From positions 37,733,810 through 37,797,809 of the forward strand of contig NC_052152.1 in the NCBI RefSeq assembly GCF_902713615.1: DNA of 64,000 bases, read 5' to 3'. This DNA is from Scyliorhinus canicula (taxonomy: Eukaryota). Positions within the stretch are counted from its first letter, which is position 1, and the number at the start of each line of letters is the position of its first letter. The translations under genes were made by a program, and so were the position numbers. Shown one piece after another: positions 25,650-38,612 of this stretch. The notes under the pieces are model-generated. The model was not told the DNA's origin. It was given only the letters and a program-made list of their open reading frames with translations, and made no database searches.

Positions 25650-27490
25650 TAAAGAGCACAGAAAGAGAGGAGAGGCGAGACTTCAATAAAGAGCGCAGAG
25701 TGGGGCAGCATGGTTAGCACTGCTGCCTCACAGTGCTGAAGACCCCTGTTTGATCCGGGTCACTGTCCGTGTGGAGTTTGCACATTCTCCCAGTGTCTGC
25801 ATGGGTCTCACCCCACAACCCAAAGATATGCAGGGTATTTGGATTGGCCATGCTAAATTGCCACTTAAATTGGAAAAAAACATTTTAGAATATTTTTCAA
25901 AGAGCGCGGAAGAGGCGCGGCTTCAATAAGAGTTCACAGAGTGTGTCGAGACCTCAATAAAGAGTGAATAGAGAGGAAAGACTTCAAAAGAAGCATAGAG
26001 AGAGAGATAAGGCTTCAATAAAGAGCAAAGAGATAGAGATGTAGTACTGGACAGCACCAAGGGGAGATCTCTGGAACAGTCAACCAAAATTAGAGCTGGT
26101 GTAGGGGCTACAAAGGAGAGAGCCGATTGGTAAGTAGTGTGTAAGTTTTATCCAATTTAAAGCTACATTAAGAAAAAGTAAGAGTTCTACCATTTTGCAA
26201 AATAACAAATAATTCTTCAACTTGGAATAAATTTAACGTAAGCATCTTTCAAATGAAAGCATGACTAGGGAGCTCAGTCCCCTGTTTCGCAGCCTGCAGT
26301 ATACAGGAATTCCTAGGCTTTCCGTGTAATCTGAATAACCATATTTACAGGAAGTCACACAGGTCTGATCAGTTTGAGAGCCAGGTTTCAGAGCTTGAGC
26401 ATCGGCTGGAGGCACAGCAGTGCAGACACGTGGCTGAGAGGTTTGTGGATAGCATGTTTTTTAGACGTGGTTACCTCACAGCTTAAGGGAGCGCAGTCAG
26501 AGAGGGAATGTGTGACCCCCAGTCAGGAGGAGGGCAGCAAGCAGATAGTCAGGAAACCCCGCCCGCTATGCGTCTCACTCAATAACGTTTTTGGTGTTAG
26601 AAAAGAGAGTGACGGTTCCCCGGGGGTGTGCAACTAGAGCCAGGATCACAGCACTGAGTGGCTCAGCTGCAGAAGAGGGGAGGAGTAAGAGTGGAAGAGC
26701 AATAGTGGTAAAAGACTCAATAGTGAGGGCAGCATGGTAGCATTGTGGATAGCACAATGGCTTCACAGCTCCAGGGTCCCAGGTTCAATTCCAACTTGGG
26801 TCACTGTGCGGAGTCTGCACATCCTCCCCGTGTGTGCGCGTGGGTTTCCTCCGGGTGCTCCGGAGTCCAAAGATGTGCAGGTTAGGTGGATTGGCCATGA
26901 TAAATTGCCCTCAGTGTCCAAAATTGCCCTTAGTGTTGGGTGGGGTTATTGGGATAAGGGGAGGTGTTGACCTTGGGTAGTGTGCTCTTTTCAAGAGCCG
27001 GTGCAGACTCGATGGGCTGAATAGCCTCCTTCTGCACTGTAAATTCTATGATTGCAGCCAGGCATTTCTGTGACCATAGATGGGACTCTAGTATGATGTG
27101 TTGCATCCTTGATGCCAGGGTCAAGGATGTCACTGAACGGCTGCAGGACATTCTGAAAGGAGAGGGTGAAGTCGTGGTTCACATTGATACCAACCACATA
27201 GGCAGAAAAAAAAGACATTAGGTTCTCCAGCAAGAATTTATGGAGCTAGATATCAGATTACTCTTACTTCTCCCCTCGATAATCTCTGTTACATCCTGTG
27301 CGCCATGTGCTAGCGAGTATAGGAAAAGGAGGATAGAGCAGATGGGTGCAGGAGGGGGGACTTTAGTTCCCTGGATCACAGACAATTTCTGGGGAAGGGG
27401 AGTCCTGTACACGTAGGACTGGTCGCATCGGAGGGACCAATTGTTAGTGCTGTTGGGGGCGGGGCGTTTAAACTAACTTGGCAGGGGGTG
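25650..27490 (+). mobile_element. Degraded CR1 5' region (tandem-repeat 5'UTR + esterase-type ORF1)
   Basis: Degenerate CTTCAATAAAGAGC-purine repeats at 25650-26040; ORF1 remnants (VKDSIV, VVHIDTN) homologous to ORF1 at 35790-36290; SINE insertions at 25701 and 26727. Confidence 0.6.
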
Positions 27491-28295
27491 GGCCACAGTG
27501 TGGAGGTACTAACCATAATGGACTGAATAACTCAGAAAATTAAAAGCACCAAAAGAATAGCAAAATACCGCAGATGCTCAATCTGACATCAAAACAGAAA
27601 ATGCTGGATAAACCCGGCAGGTCTGTCTGGAAGTGTCTATGGAGAGAGAAACACAGACTCTGCCAGACCTCCGGAGCTTCTCCAGCATTTTCTGTTATTT
27701 GAAATTAAAAGCACTAACTTAGGTGGGAAAAGCAATTTTGCAGCGAGGTCTTGTACAAATCCCATCGTTGCTGGTCATGAATATAAATTGTGGAGATTAA
27801 GAACGTGTTTTAAGTACAGCTGAACTCATTACTCAAATAATTAAGTAAATTAGCGTGCACCAAAAATTAATCAAGTGATTGATTGGAACAAAAATGTGCC
27901 AAAATGTGCCTGACAGTTTATATTTAATTTGCTCCTGAAGAATTGAATGAATGGCAACAATCCCGGGGTTTGGTGTTACTTGCAAAATCATGTAAACAAC
28001 ATCAATCTTTTAATTTAATCGATGAATTATCTCAATTCGACCATACTTTCACATAGTTGTCACAAACAACCCCAGAACCACATCTTCATTAATACCTAAT
28101 TAAACAGCATTTACGCCAATCAAATCCGCATGTGCAATAAGGGATGGGTACCTTATAGGGTCCCACAAACAACAAAATGACTACTTTCTCGATCTACGCG
28201 AAAGGACATGGAAAATCAACAGCATAGCATAGATTTAAATTATCTGCTGATTAAAAGTCGCTTCAGAACACCGGGTGTTATTTGTACGCGCGAAA

Positions 28296-29357
28296 ATGGA
28301 AGGAACAGTGATGCATGAGCAACTGGAAAATGCAAAAAGACTAAAAGAATTCAAATACTATTTCAATGATAAGGGACAACTCCGGCACACTGAAACAAAC
28401 CAGCCATTTGATTATAAACGATGTAGCAATTCCATGAAGTTGAACCACCAGTGGTACAAAGCCTTTGGGACAATTCTGGCCCACTACGTGTATGAACTCT
28501 TGGAGAAAGAATGTCGACTGAAGCGAGTCTATATTCCCCTTGATACAGCAGAGAATGGCGATTCTCAAAGTTTCTGCTTCATGACTGAAGGTGCTTTGAC
28601 TAACCCTTCCAAGTTAATTGTTCTCCTGCAGGACCGTGGAGTTATGCGGGCCGGCACATGGTCCCAGCAATTGATTGTGCATGATAGCCTGAACACTGGC
28701 ACTCAAATCCCTTTTATTAAGCAAGCTCTCGTGGAGCAGTATGAAGTGATGGTATTGAACGTCAATGACAACTTTACGGATATTAAGCAAGACGATGGCG
28801 CCGAAGAGCAAACAACATGTGATTCTGATCAACAAGAACATAACTTGAAGCTTGAACAAATACCAAAACTAGGTTTTGAAAGTCTTGAAGCGCACACCAT
28901 CTACGTTTGGGACCACTTTATATCGACCTCTCCTGATATGAGTGTAGCCTTCATTGTCCATGGTTACGGCGGATTAGCGTTTGTGAACCTCCTGAATGAG
29001 CGGAAAGATGTAATGAGCAAAGTCTACGCTGTGGCGTTCATAAACTCTGCCCATGATGTCGATCATCAAAACGTTGGGCAAATAGGTCGGAATTGGATCG
29101 GAAAAAGAAGTCGCCACTGGTTATTGAGCGCCAAACCCCTAGACAAGCTTGTGCCCTCCGTGAGGACGGGCTGTGCGCAGGTTTCCGCGGGCACTCAAAA
29201 CCATGACTTGGCCCCCACAACCTGCCTTCACTCTGTTTTCAAGTACTTGAAGAAAATTTCAAATGTGCAGAAAACTAATCCATTCGTCCGATCGCCAATT
29301 GTTACAAGAAGCTTCAGTAGGAAACTGAGAGCAAGAACAAAAAGAAAGAGAATGTAG
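28296..29357 (+). CDS. FAM172B: FAM172/ARB2-domain protein, FAM172B-like (353 aa, uninterrupted ORF)
   Basis: Recognisable FAM172 motifs: F.Y.FN..GQLRH...PF, YVYELLE, L.R.YIP.D, LIVLLQ..GVMRAG.W...LI...L..GTQIPFI, YVWDHFI, VHGYGG, AVAFINSAH, W.LS.KPLD, SAGT..H; ATG at 28296 (AAAATGG); acceptor gcttcag at 28266; AATAAA at 30516. Confidence 0.88.
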   Translation: MEGTVMHEQLENAKRLKEFKYYFNDKGQLRHTETNQPFDYKRCSNSMKLNHQWYKAFGTILAHYVYELLEKECRLKRVYIPLDTAENGDSQSFCFMTEGALTNPSKLIVLLQDRGVMRAGTWSQQLIVHDSLNTGTQIPFIKQALVEQYEVMVLNVNDNFTDIKQDDGAEEQTTCDSDQQEHNLKLEQIPKLGFESLEAHTIYVWDHFISTSPDMSVAFIVHGYGGLAFVNLLNERKDVMSKVYAVAFINSAHDVDHQNVGQIGRNWIGKRSRHWLLSAKPLDKLVPSVRTGCAQVSAGTQNHDLAPTTCLHSVFKYLKKISNVQKTNPFVRSPIVTRSFSRKLRARTKRKRM

Positions 29358-29941
29358 CAATGCCTGTCGAATTGTGTAAATGAATCCAACAAAACAACAA
29401 TACTTAATGAAACCTGGGACAGTAGGGGTCTAACCGCTGAAATGTCAACGAATGTTCTCTTCGTGGATGCTGCCTCTGGTATTTTTGTTTTGTTACAGAT
29501 TTCCAGCAGCTTGATTTCTTTTTCGTCCTTCGCAATGGATTGTGCATTGCACAAACAAACACTTTGGTGCCCCCAGCCTAAATTTCACTCTAAAACGACT
29601 AAGATTGTACTTTTGTGGTTGAAGTAACGTTGTTTGTTTACCTAGGGAGAAATATTTTTCTTCTATTCCTCTTGTTCACTCAGATTTAGCATGTTTGATG
29701 TATTCTGTGGCCTATTGATATATGGATGGTGTGAGAGATATATAATTAATGTACTCTAATGCAACAATTGGGGTTTCTCAAAAGAGGTAACCTAAGCACT
29801 TCCTTCCTCAAAAAAATTAAAGCTTTCCAGAAAGTGGTTTACGTTGGTGTGTTTCTGTCAATACAAATCTGAACTCTTGAGTTTGAAGATGTCCTGTTTC
29901 TGAAGGTAAAACATTTATTTTTAAAATGGATGAATGTCTCG

Positions 29942-30277
29942 AAACATAGAACATAGAACATAGAACAGTACAGCACAGAACAGGCCCTTCGGCCCTCGAT
30001 GTTGTGCCGAGCAATGATCACCCCACTTAAACCCACGTAACCTGTATACCCGTAACCCAACAATCCCCCCATTAACCTTACACTACGGGCAATTTAGCAT
30101 GGCCAATCCACCTAACCCGCACATCTTTGGACTGTGGGAGGAAACCGGAGCACCCGGAGGAAACCCACGCACACACGGGGAGGACGTGCAGACTCCACAC
30201 AGACAGTGACCCAGCCGGGAATCGAACCTGGGACCCTGGAGCTGTGAAGCATTGATGCTAACCACCATGCTACCGTG
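29942..30277 (-). mobile_element. V-type SINE, antisense, in the probable FAM172B 3'UTR
   Basis: (GAACATA)n tail on + strand; full head and core. Confidence 0.9.
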
Positions 30278-30873
30278 AGGCCCCAAAACAATCTTGTGTA
30301 TTACTCGCATCAAAGTTTTAAAACATACCAGTAACACTGAGAAACGGCAAAAACATTGACTCCAGTTTATTAGATCTGTATCAGATGAATTAAGAATTCA
30401 GTCAGTCTTGTTTCACCCCACCCTATCACTTTCCACATAGACTATTGTGTAATTTCCACTTCTACATTGGATCTGCTCATGTCTCGTTTTTATTACTGTA
30501 CTGAATACAGCTAGCAATAAAGTCACGAGTGTTAAAAACCTGTAACCTTGTCTGGATTTTGATTAATGGTAAGAGTCAGTCACCAAACATTAGAAACTTC
30601 CAGGTTTGATTCCGGAGTTCAGCTGAATTAGCTGATAACTACCCACTGTAATGCTCGTTGCAGAAGAATTTTGTTACATTAAGTGTAGTAATGGTCTGTT
30701 ACTTGAAAAACAACGGCTGTAAACAGCTTAGTGTGTAGAGTTGGACAGTGCCATGGAAGCCATAATAATGTGACAAACGTGAGTACCTACTTGGACAGAA
30801 TTATCCAATGCTGCCTTCATTGTCTTTTTATGCTGTATGTTTAATTTTCAAAACTAAATAATTTGAATGAATT

Positions 30874-31025
30874 ATTCAGGCATTAAACCATTGCTTGTGC
30901 TCATTTTGTAGCCTTTAATCAAAACACATGCTACATCTGAGTGAACAAGAGGAATACAAGTTCACTAGTCTGTGTTTTGATTAAAGGCTACAGAATGAGC
31001 ACAAGCAATGGTTTAATGCCTGAAT
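30874..31025. repeat. 55-bp inverted repeat (1 mismatch) with 42-nt spacer
   Basis: Arms 30874-30928 and 30971-31025 are reverse complements except for one position. Confidence 0.95.
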
Positions 31026-31179
31026 GTACCAAAGGGACAGGACAATATTTTTAAAATCTGAGCAGTCAGCCGATATTACGGTAATATTAAATAGTTGATC
31101 TCCACTTCTGGTTTGTGGAGGGAGACATCTTCAGTGGTTCATGTGCTTGATCGCTATCCATTTCCCACTTCTGCAACAT

Positions 31180-33165
31180 GTATATGGCTTGAAAGAAAAA
31201 AGCATATGGTCGCAAAGGTGAGTGGCAGGACAGAATATAAAGAACAGTAAATAATGACTAAAAGATTGACAAGGTGGGAAAAAATATGATATTGGAGGAA
31301 GCTAGTTAGACTGTTGAGAGTTTCCAGAAAGGAAAAGAATAACTCTAGTCAGTATGGGTTATTTAGAGAATGGAGAGTTAATGGAAAATAAGGAAATGGA
31401 AAATGGATGAATTGAACAGATATTTTGCATTTGTCTTTCACTGTACAGGATACAAAAAAGACCCCAGAAATAATCGTGAATCAGGAGGTGAAAGGGACGG
31501 AGGAATTTAAAGCCATTCCCATCATGGGTGATGCAGTGGTTAGCACTGCAGCTTGGGGTGCTGAGGATCTGGGTTTGAATCCCAACCTTTGGTCACTATC
31601 CGTGTGGAGTTTGCATATTCTCCCCGTGTCTGCATGGGTTTCACCCCCACAACCCAAAGATGTTCAGGGTAGGTGGATTGGCCACGCTAAATTGCCCCTT
31701 AATTGGGAAAAAAAATAATTGGGTACTCTAAATTTATTTTTTTTAAACATTCCCATTACTAGGGAAATGTTACGTAGAAAATTACAGAACTAAAAGCAGA
31801 TTGGTCCCCAAGTCCTTATTGACTTCATCCAAGGGTCTGAAAAGAAATGGCTGCTATGATAGTGGATGCATTGTTTCAATTGGCTGCTGAGATAGTGGAT
31901 GCATTGTTTCAATTTTTCAGAATTCCCTAGATTCTTAAAAGTTTCCATCAATTTGCGAATCGGACTTGTCTATTCAAGAAAGGAAGGAGACAGCAAGAAA
32001 CTACAGGCTAGTTAGCTTAATGTCTGTCGTAGGGAAATTACTGCAATCTATTTTAAGAAGGTTAGAGTGGAACACTTATGAAATCTTTACAATCAGAGTC
32101 AATGTGGTTTTGTGACCGTGCAATCGTGTTTGACTAACTTCTTGGAGTTCTTTGAGGAAGTAACAAAGAATGCTGATATAAAGGAGAATGTATGGATATG
32201 CTGTGATTTAGATTTCCAGAAGACATTTGACAAGGTGCCGTATCGGGTTGCTATGCAAAACAAGAGCTCATGCCGTAGGAGGGTAACCTATTAGCTTGGA
32301 TAGAGGATCGGTTATCCCACAGGAAGCCAGCTCGGCATAAATGGGTCATATTCAGGTTGGTCAGATGTGACAAGTGGAGTGTCACAGTGATCAGTGCTGG
32401 GGCCTCAACTATTTACAACTTATATCAATGGCTTGGATGAAGGGACCAAATCTAATATTGCAAAACCTTGGAGTCTGTAAAGGAACATCAAAAAAAGGTT
32501 CCTTTCAAAAGTTAAATATTTCCAAGTAACTGTCTGAGTTGGGACTACACGGTGGCTTGGCTCCTACCTGGGCCAGCTTTTATGGCAAATAATTAACAAG
32601 CCTGTGCTCAGCAGCAGGGGAGCTTGTACTTCACAAGGCTTAGGGGGAGATTAATCAGGTTGTCCCCGTGGGTCTTGTGGGAGTTATAACAATGATGGGA
32701 GTTGTAACACTGATTAAACAAAGAGAGGTAGGAAAGTAAGTTGTGACGAGCACATAAGGAGTCTGCAAAGGGACATAGATAAGTTGTGAGTGGGCAAATA
32801 TTTGGCAGATGAAATATAACACCCCGGGATCTGGGTGTCCTGCAAGATATAAATACATCAGCAGCCAGAGAAGATTCACTTGAGTGAAGATTCACTTGAT
32901 ACCTGGGATGAGGCGGTTATCTGCAGCGATTCAAGAAGGCAACTCACCACCACCATCCCATGGACAATGAACGATGGGCAATAAATGCTAGCCTAGCCAG
33001 TGATGGCCACATTCCATGAATGAATAAACATATATTGTTTAAATCTTATGAGAAGTGATTGAATCAGCTGGGACTGTATCCACTAGAGTTAGGAAGATGA
33101 TCTGATTGAAACCTAAGATCCTGAGGGGACTGGACAGGATGGATGCTGAAAGAATGTCTCCATTT
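31180..33165 (+). mobile_element. Old degraded CR1 ORF2, continuing at 36958-37260 after a nested CR1
   Basis: SCLTNFLEFFEEVT and DFQKTFDKVP motifs; SINE at 31525; 33-bp tandem duplication at ~31848-31913. Confidence 0.75.
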
Positions 33166-36100
33166 AGAACATAGAACATAGAAAAATACAGTACCCTCAA
33201 CCTTTCCTCGTAAGACCTACTCTCCATTCCATGCAACATCCTGGTAAATCTCCTTTGCACCTTTTCCAAAGCTTCCACATACTTCCTAAAATGAGGCGAC
33301 CAGAACTGCACACAGTACTCCAAATGTGGCCGTACCAAGGTTTTTTACAGCTGCATCATCACCTCACGGCTCTTAAATTCAATCCCTCTGCTAATGAACG
33401 CTAGCACATCATAAGTTTTCTTCACAGCTCTATCCACTTGAATGGCAACTTTCAAAGATCTATGAACATAGACCCCAAGATCTCTCTGCTCCTCCACATT
33501 GCCAAGAACCCTACCATTAACCCTGTATTCCGCATTCATATTTGTCCTTCCAAAATAGACAACCTCACACTTGTCAGGGTTAAACTCCATCTGCCACTTC
33601 TCAGCCCAGCTCTGCATCCTATCTATGTCTCTTTGCAGGCGACAACAGCCCCCTCACTATCCACAACTCCACCAATCTTCGTACCGTCTGAAAATTTACT
33701 GACCCACCCTTCAACTCCCTCATCCAAGTCATTAATGAAAATCACAAACAGCAGAGGACCCAGAACTGATCCCTGCGGTGCGCCACAGGTAACTGGTCTC
33801 CAGGCCGAATATTTGCCATCCACCACCACTCTCTGACTTCTATTGGTTAGCCAGTTCGTTATGCAACTGGCCAAATTTCCCACTATCCCATGCCTCCTTA
33901 CTTTCTGCAAAAGCCTACCATGGGGAACCTTATCAAATGCCGTACTAAAATCCATGTACACCACATCCACTGCTTTACCTTCATTCATGTGCTTGGTCAC
34001 TTCCTCAAAGAATTCAATAAGACTTGTGAGGCAAGACCTACTCCTCACAAATCCGTACTGACTATCCCTAATCAAGCAGTGTCTTTCCAGATGCTCAGAA
34101 ATCCTATCCTCAATACCCTTTCCATTACTTTGCCTACCACCGAAATAAGACTAACTGGCCTGTAATTCCCAAGGTTATCCCTATTCCCTTCTTTGAACAG
34201 GGGCATGACATTCGCCACTCTCCAATCCCCTGGTACCACCCCTGTTGACAGTGAGGATGAAAAGATCATTGCCAACAGCTCTGCAATTTCATCTCTTGCT
34301 TCCCATAGAATCCTTGGATATATCCCGTCAGGCCCGGGGGACTTGTCTATCCGCAAGTTTTTCAAAATGCCCAACACATCTGCCTTCCGAACAAGTATCT
34401 CCTCGAGCTTACCAGTCTGTTTCACACTGCCCTCTCCAACAATATGGCCCCTCTCATTCGTAAATACTGAAGAAAAGTACTCATTCAAGACCTTTCCTAT
34501 CTCTTCTGACTCAATACACAAACTCCCACTACTGTCCTTGATCAGACCCACCCTCGCTCTAGTCATTCTCATATTTCTCACATATGTGTAAAAGGCCTTG
34601 GGGTTTTCCTTGATTCTACCCGCCAAAGATTTTCCATGCTTTCTCTTAGCTCTCCTAATCCCTTTCTTCAGTTCCCTCCTGGCTATCTTGCATCCCTCAA
34701 GCACCCTGTCTGAACCTTGTTTCCTCCGCCTTACATAAGTATCCTTCTTCCTCTTAACAAGACATTGTTGTCAACCATGGTTCCCTCACTTGACCATCTC
34801 TTCCCTGCCTGACAGGGACATACATATCAAGGACACGTAGTATCTGTTCCTTGAACAAGTTCCACATTTCAATTGTGTCCTTCCCTAACAGCCTATGTTC
34901 CCAACTTATGCACTTCAGTTCTTGTTTGACAGCATCGTATTTGCCCTCCCCCCAATTGTAAACCTTGCCCTGTGGCACGCACCTATCCCTCTCCATTACT
35001 AAAGTGAAAGTCACAGAATTGTGGTCACTATCTCCAAAATGCTCCCCCACTAACAAATCTATCACTTGCCCTGGTTCATTACCAAGTACCAAATCCAATA
35101 TGGCCTCCCCTCTGGTCAGACAATCTACATACTGTGTTAGAAAAGCTTCCTGGACACACTGTACAAACACCACCCCATCCAAACTATTTGATCTAAAGAG
35201 TTTCCACTCAATATTTAGGAAGTTGAAGTCACCCATGACTACTACCCTGTGACTTCTGCATCTTTCCAAAATCTGTTTCCTAATCTGTTCCTCCACATCT
35301 CTGCTGCTATTGGGGGGCCTATAGAAAACTCCCAACAAGGTGACTGCTCCTTTCCTATTTCTGACTTCAATCCATACTACCTCAGTAGGCAGATCCTCCT
35401 CGAACTGCCTTTCTGCAGCTGTTATACTATCTCTAATTAATAATACAACCCCCCCCCCCCCCCCCCACCTCTTTTACCACCCTCCCTAATCTTATTGAAA
35501 CATCTATAACCAGGAACCTCCAACAACCATTTCTGCCCCTCTTCTATCCAAGTTTCCATGATGGCCACCATATCATAGTCCCAAGTACCGATCCATGCCT
35601 TAAGTTCACCCACCTTATTCCTGATGCTTCTTGTGTTGAAGTATACACACTTCAACCCATCTCCATGCCTGCAAGTACTCTCCTTTGTCAGTGTTACCTT
35701 CCCCACTGCCTCATTACATGCTTTGACATCCTGAACATCGGCTACCTTAGTTGCTGGACTACAAGTCCGGTTCCCATTCCCCAGCCAAATTAGTTGAAAC
35801 CCTCCCGAAGAGTACTAGAAAACCTCTCTCCTAGGATATTGGCGCCCCTCTGGTTTGGAAGCAACCCGTCCTGCTTGTACAGGTCCCACCTTCCCCAGAA
35901 TGCGCTCCGATTATCCAAATACCTGAAGCCCTCCCTCCTACACCATTCCTGCTGCCACTTGTTCAACTGCACTCTCTCCCTATTCCTAGCCTCGCTAGCA
36001 CGTGGCACCGGCAACAAACCAGAGATGACAACTCTGTCTGTCCTGGCTTTCAACTTCCAGCCTAACTCCCTAAACTCGTTTAGTACATCCACACCCCCTT

Positions 36101-36957
36101 TTCCTACCTACATCGTTGGTACCAATGTGCACCACAACTTCTGGCTGCTCACCCACCCCCTTAAGGATCCTGAAGACATGATCCGAGACATCGCTGGCCC
36201 TGGCACCCAGGAGGCAACATACCTTCCGGGAGTCTCGCTCGCGACCACATCTCCTATCTATTCCCCTAACTATTGAGTCTCCTATCACTATTGCTTTTCT
36301 ATTCTTCCCCCTTCCCTTCTGAGGCCCAGAGCCAGACTCAGTGCCAGAGATCTGTCCGCTTGGGCCTTCCCCCGGTAGGTCATCCCCCCCCCAACAGCAT
36401 CCAAAATGGTATATTTGTTTTGAAGGGGAATGGCCGCGAGGGATCCCTGCACTGTCTGACCATTCGTTTTCTTTCCCCTGACTGTTTCCCAGCTACTCTT
36501 GTCCTGTACCTTGGGTGTGGCTACCTCCCTGTAACTCTTCTATATTACCCCCTCTGCCTCCCAGATGATCCGAAGTTCCTCCAGCTCTAGCTCCAGTTCC
36601 CTAACACGGTCTCTGTGGAGGTGGGTGCACTTCCCGCAGGTATAGTCAGCGGGGACACCGATGGTGTCCCTCAGCACCCACATCCTACAGGAGGAGCATG
36701 CAACTCCCCTAGCCTCCATCCCCTCTTACCTTGCAGAATACAGCTGTACTGTGGACCAACTGGAACTCCGCCCTCTGACTCTGCTCCCAGTCAGCTGCAC
36801 TCTCTGTAGACTCCCAGCTCCCTTCACGCTCTTTGAGGAAATGTAGGAAACAAAATGAAAGGAGTACCTTACTCCCTCCTCACCTAACTCCCTCAGTCAC
36901 CAAACTCTCACTATAGCACTCAAATGCACCCAAATTCAGCACTCAGTGCAAATAAAC
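33166..36957 (-). mobile_element. Near full-length CR1 LINE (esterase ORF1 + EN/RT ORF2, disrupted)
   Basis: ORF1 SGNH-esterase motifs IGDSIVRG, VVHIGTND, DGL.PN; ORF2 pieces [25 protein letters not shown] (YADD-like); (TATGTTC)n tail at 33166-33190. Confidence 0.92.
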
Positions 36958-38393
36958 TTGTGGGAGGGACTAGAACTAGGGGACGCAGCTTAAAAATAAG
37001 GAGTCTCCCATTCAAGAAGATGAGAAAAAACATTTTCACTTGAGGGTCATGAGTCTTTGGAATCCTTCCCCAGACAGTGGCGGAAGCAGGGTTCTTGAAT
37101 ATTTTTAAGGCAGAGGAAGATGCATTCTGGATTAACAGAGGAGTTAAAGATTATCGGGGGTAGGGCAGAATGTGTTGAGGCCTCAATCAGATCAGCCATG
37201 ATCTTATTGAAAGGCTCGGGGGGGCTGAATGGCCCACTCCTGCTCCTAATTCATCTGCTCATATGCATGATGGATAACTTGGATTTGACTGTGCTGCTCA
37301 ACTCCCCCTCAACGTACCAGAGCTGCAGTGTATACTGCCTAAAGGCAGTAAACTCATCATGCTTCTTCAGAAAACCTGCCACCTCCCCTACATAGAAGGA
37401 CAAGGGCAGCAAGTGCATGGAAATACCACCTGCCTTGGTCGTATATTGTCAGGCTTTCATTGTTACTCCATCAAAATTACCATACATCCTGTGTTAAGCA
37501 TTGTGTCACCGCACTGGCTGCAGCAGTTGATGAAGACTCACCAGCACATTCTGAAGGGGAAACTGGTGCTGGAAATTACTGATAAATGTCTGCCTTGTCA
37601 GCAATGTCCACATCCTGAGAATGAATCAAAATAAAAAATGTGTTTCCCCTCATGTCTCACCTTGCTAAGATTGGGACTAAGCTCTGTTCGTTCAGTCAGT
37701 TAAGTGAACAGTAGACAGTTCCATGTTCAGTTCCTGATCTGCACAAAGATAATTGCCTTGGATGGAGCACCATGAATAATGCTTAAAGTGGAAAAATCAC
37801 ACAACCGAAAGGTCTATTCACTTAGGTGAACATCATTTTGTGCACAACACAACAGCAGCTTTTATATCCAGCTCATACTTTTCCTGAACTGAAACTGTTT
37901 TATGCGAAGAATCTATGATAGTCGCCCCACCGATGAACAATAAATGGAAATAGTATGGTATGGTATGATTCTGACTGAAGGGGGAAAGAAATACATGGAT
38001 TGACTATTGCTTCCGTTTATAATTCTTAATTTAGGTTAAGAAAGATTAAAGAGATGCAAACAAAGTCATCTGATTCAAAACAATAAAAGTCCTAAAATTG
38101 TAGCTATTCCCTTCTGTAGCTTGTACCATGGGTGTTGATAAGGCTTTAGTGAGAAAGAGTGCACTGTTGACCAAGTAGCAAAACACAGAAACAAGGGGGA
38201 GGGGGTCTGCTGCTCCCATTTTCGGGGGACGGGATTGAAGGCGAGGGAGAGATCCGTGGTGGGGGTGATCCGTGGTGGGGGTACTGCGTGGGGGCAGGGG
38301 TTTATCCTCCCCCCCCCCCTGCTTTGTCACTCTGCAAAAAGAAAGAGAAGATTCCCCCAAAAGGATATTTGGTTACATGTCTTACTTTCCTTC

Positions 38394-38612
38394 ATGTGGA
38401 GATGCCGGCGTTGGACTGGGGTGAGCACAGTAAGAAGTCTTACAACACCAGGTTAAAGTCCAACAGGTTTGTTACAAACACTAGGTTTCGGAGCACTGCT
38501 CCTTCCTCATTCACCTGAGGATGATTCACCTGAGGAAGGAGCAGTGCTCCGAAAGCTAGTGTTTGTAACAAATCTGTTGGACTTTAACCTGGTGTCGTAA
38601 GACTTCTTACTG
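38394..38612. mobile_element. Penelope-type inverted terminal-repeat element with a minimal hammerhead motif
   Basis: ~85-bp inverted arms (38426-38509 / 38531-38613), flanking duplication TTACTTTCCTTC; same family at 39211-39328, 41384-41444 + 45994-46100, 61490-61612 and 63358-63540. Confidence 0.75.

Noticed and set aside
35790-36288. SGNH esterase as a captured host enzyme
   Set aside because: Esterase-type ORF1 is a known component of vertebrate CR1 elements
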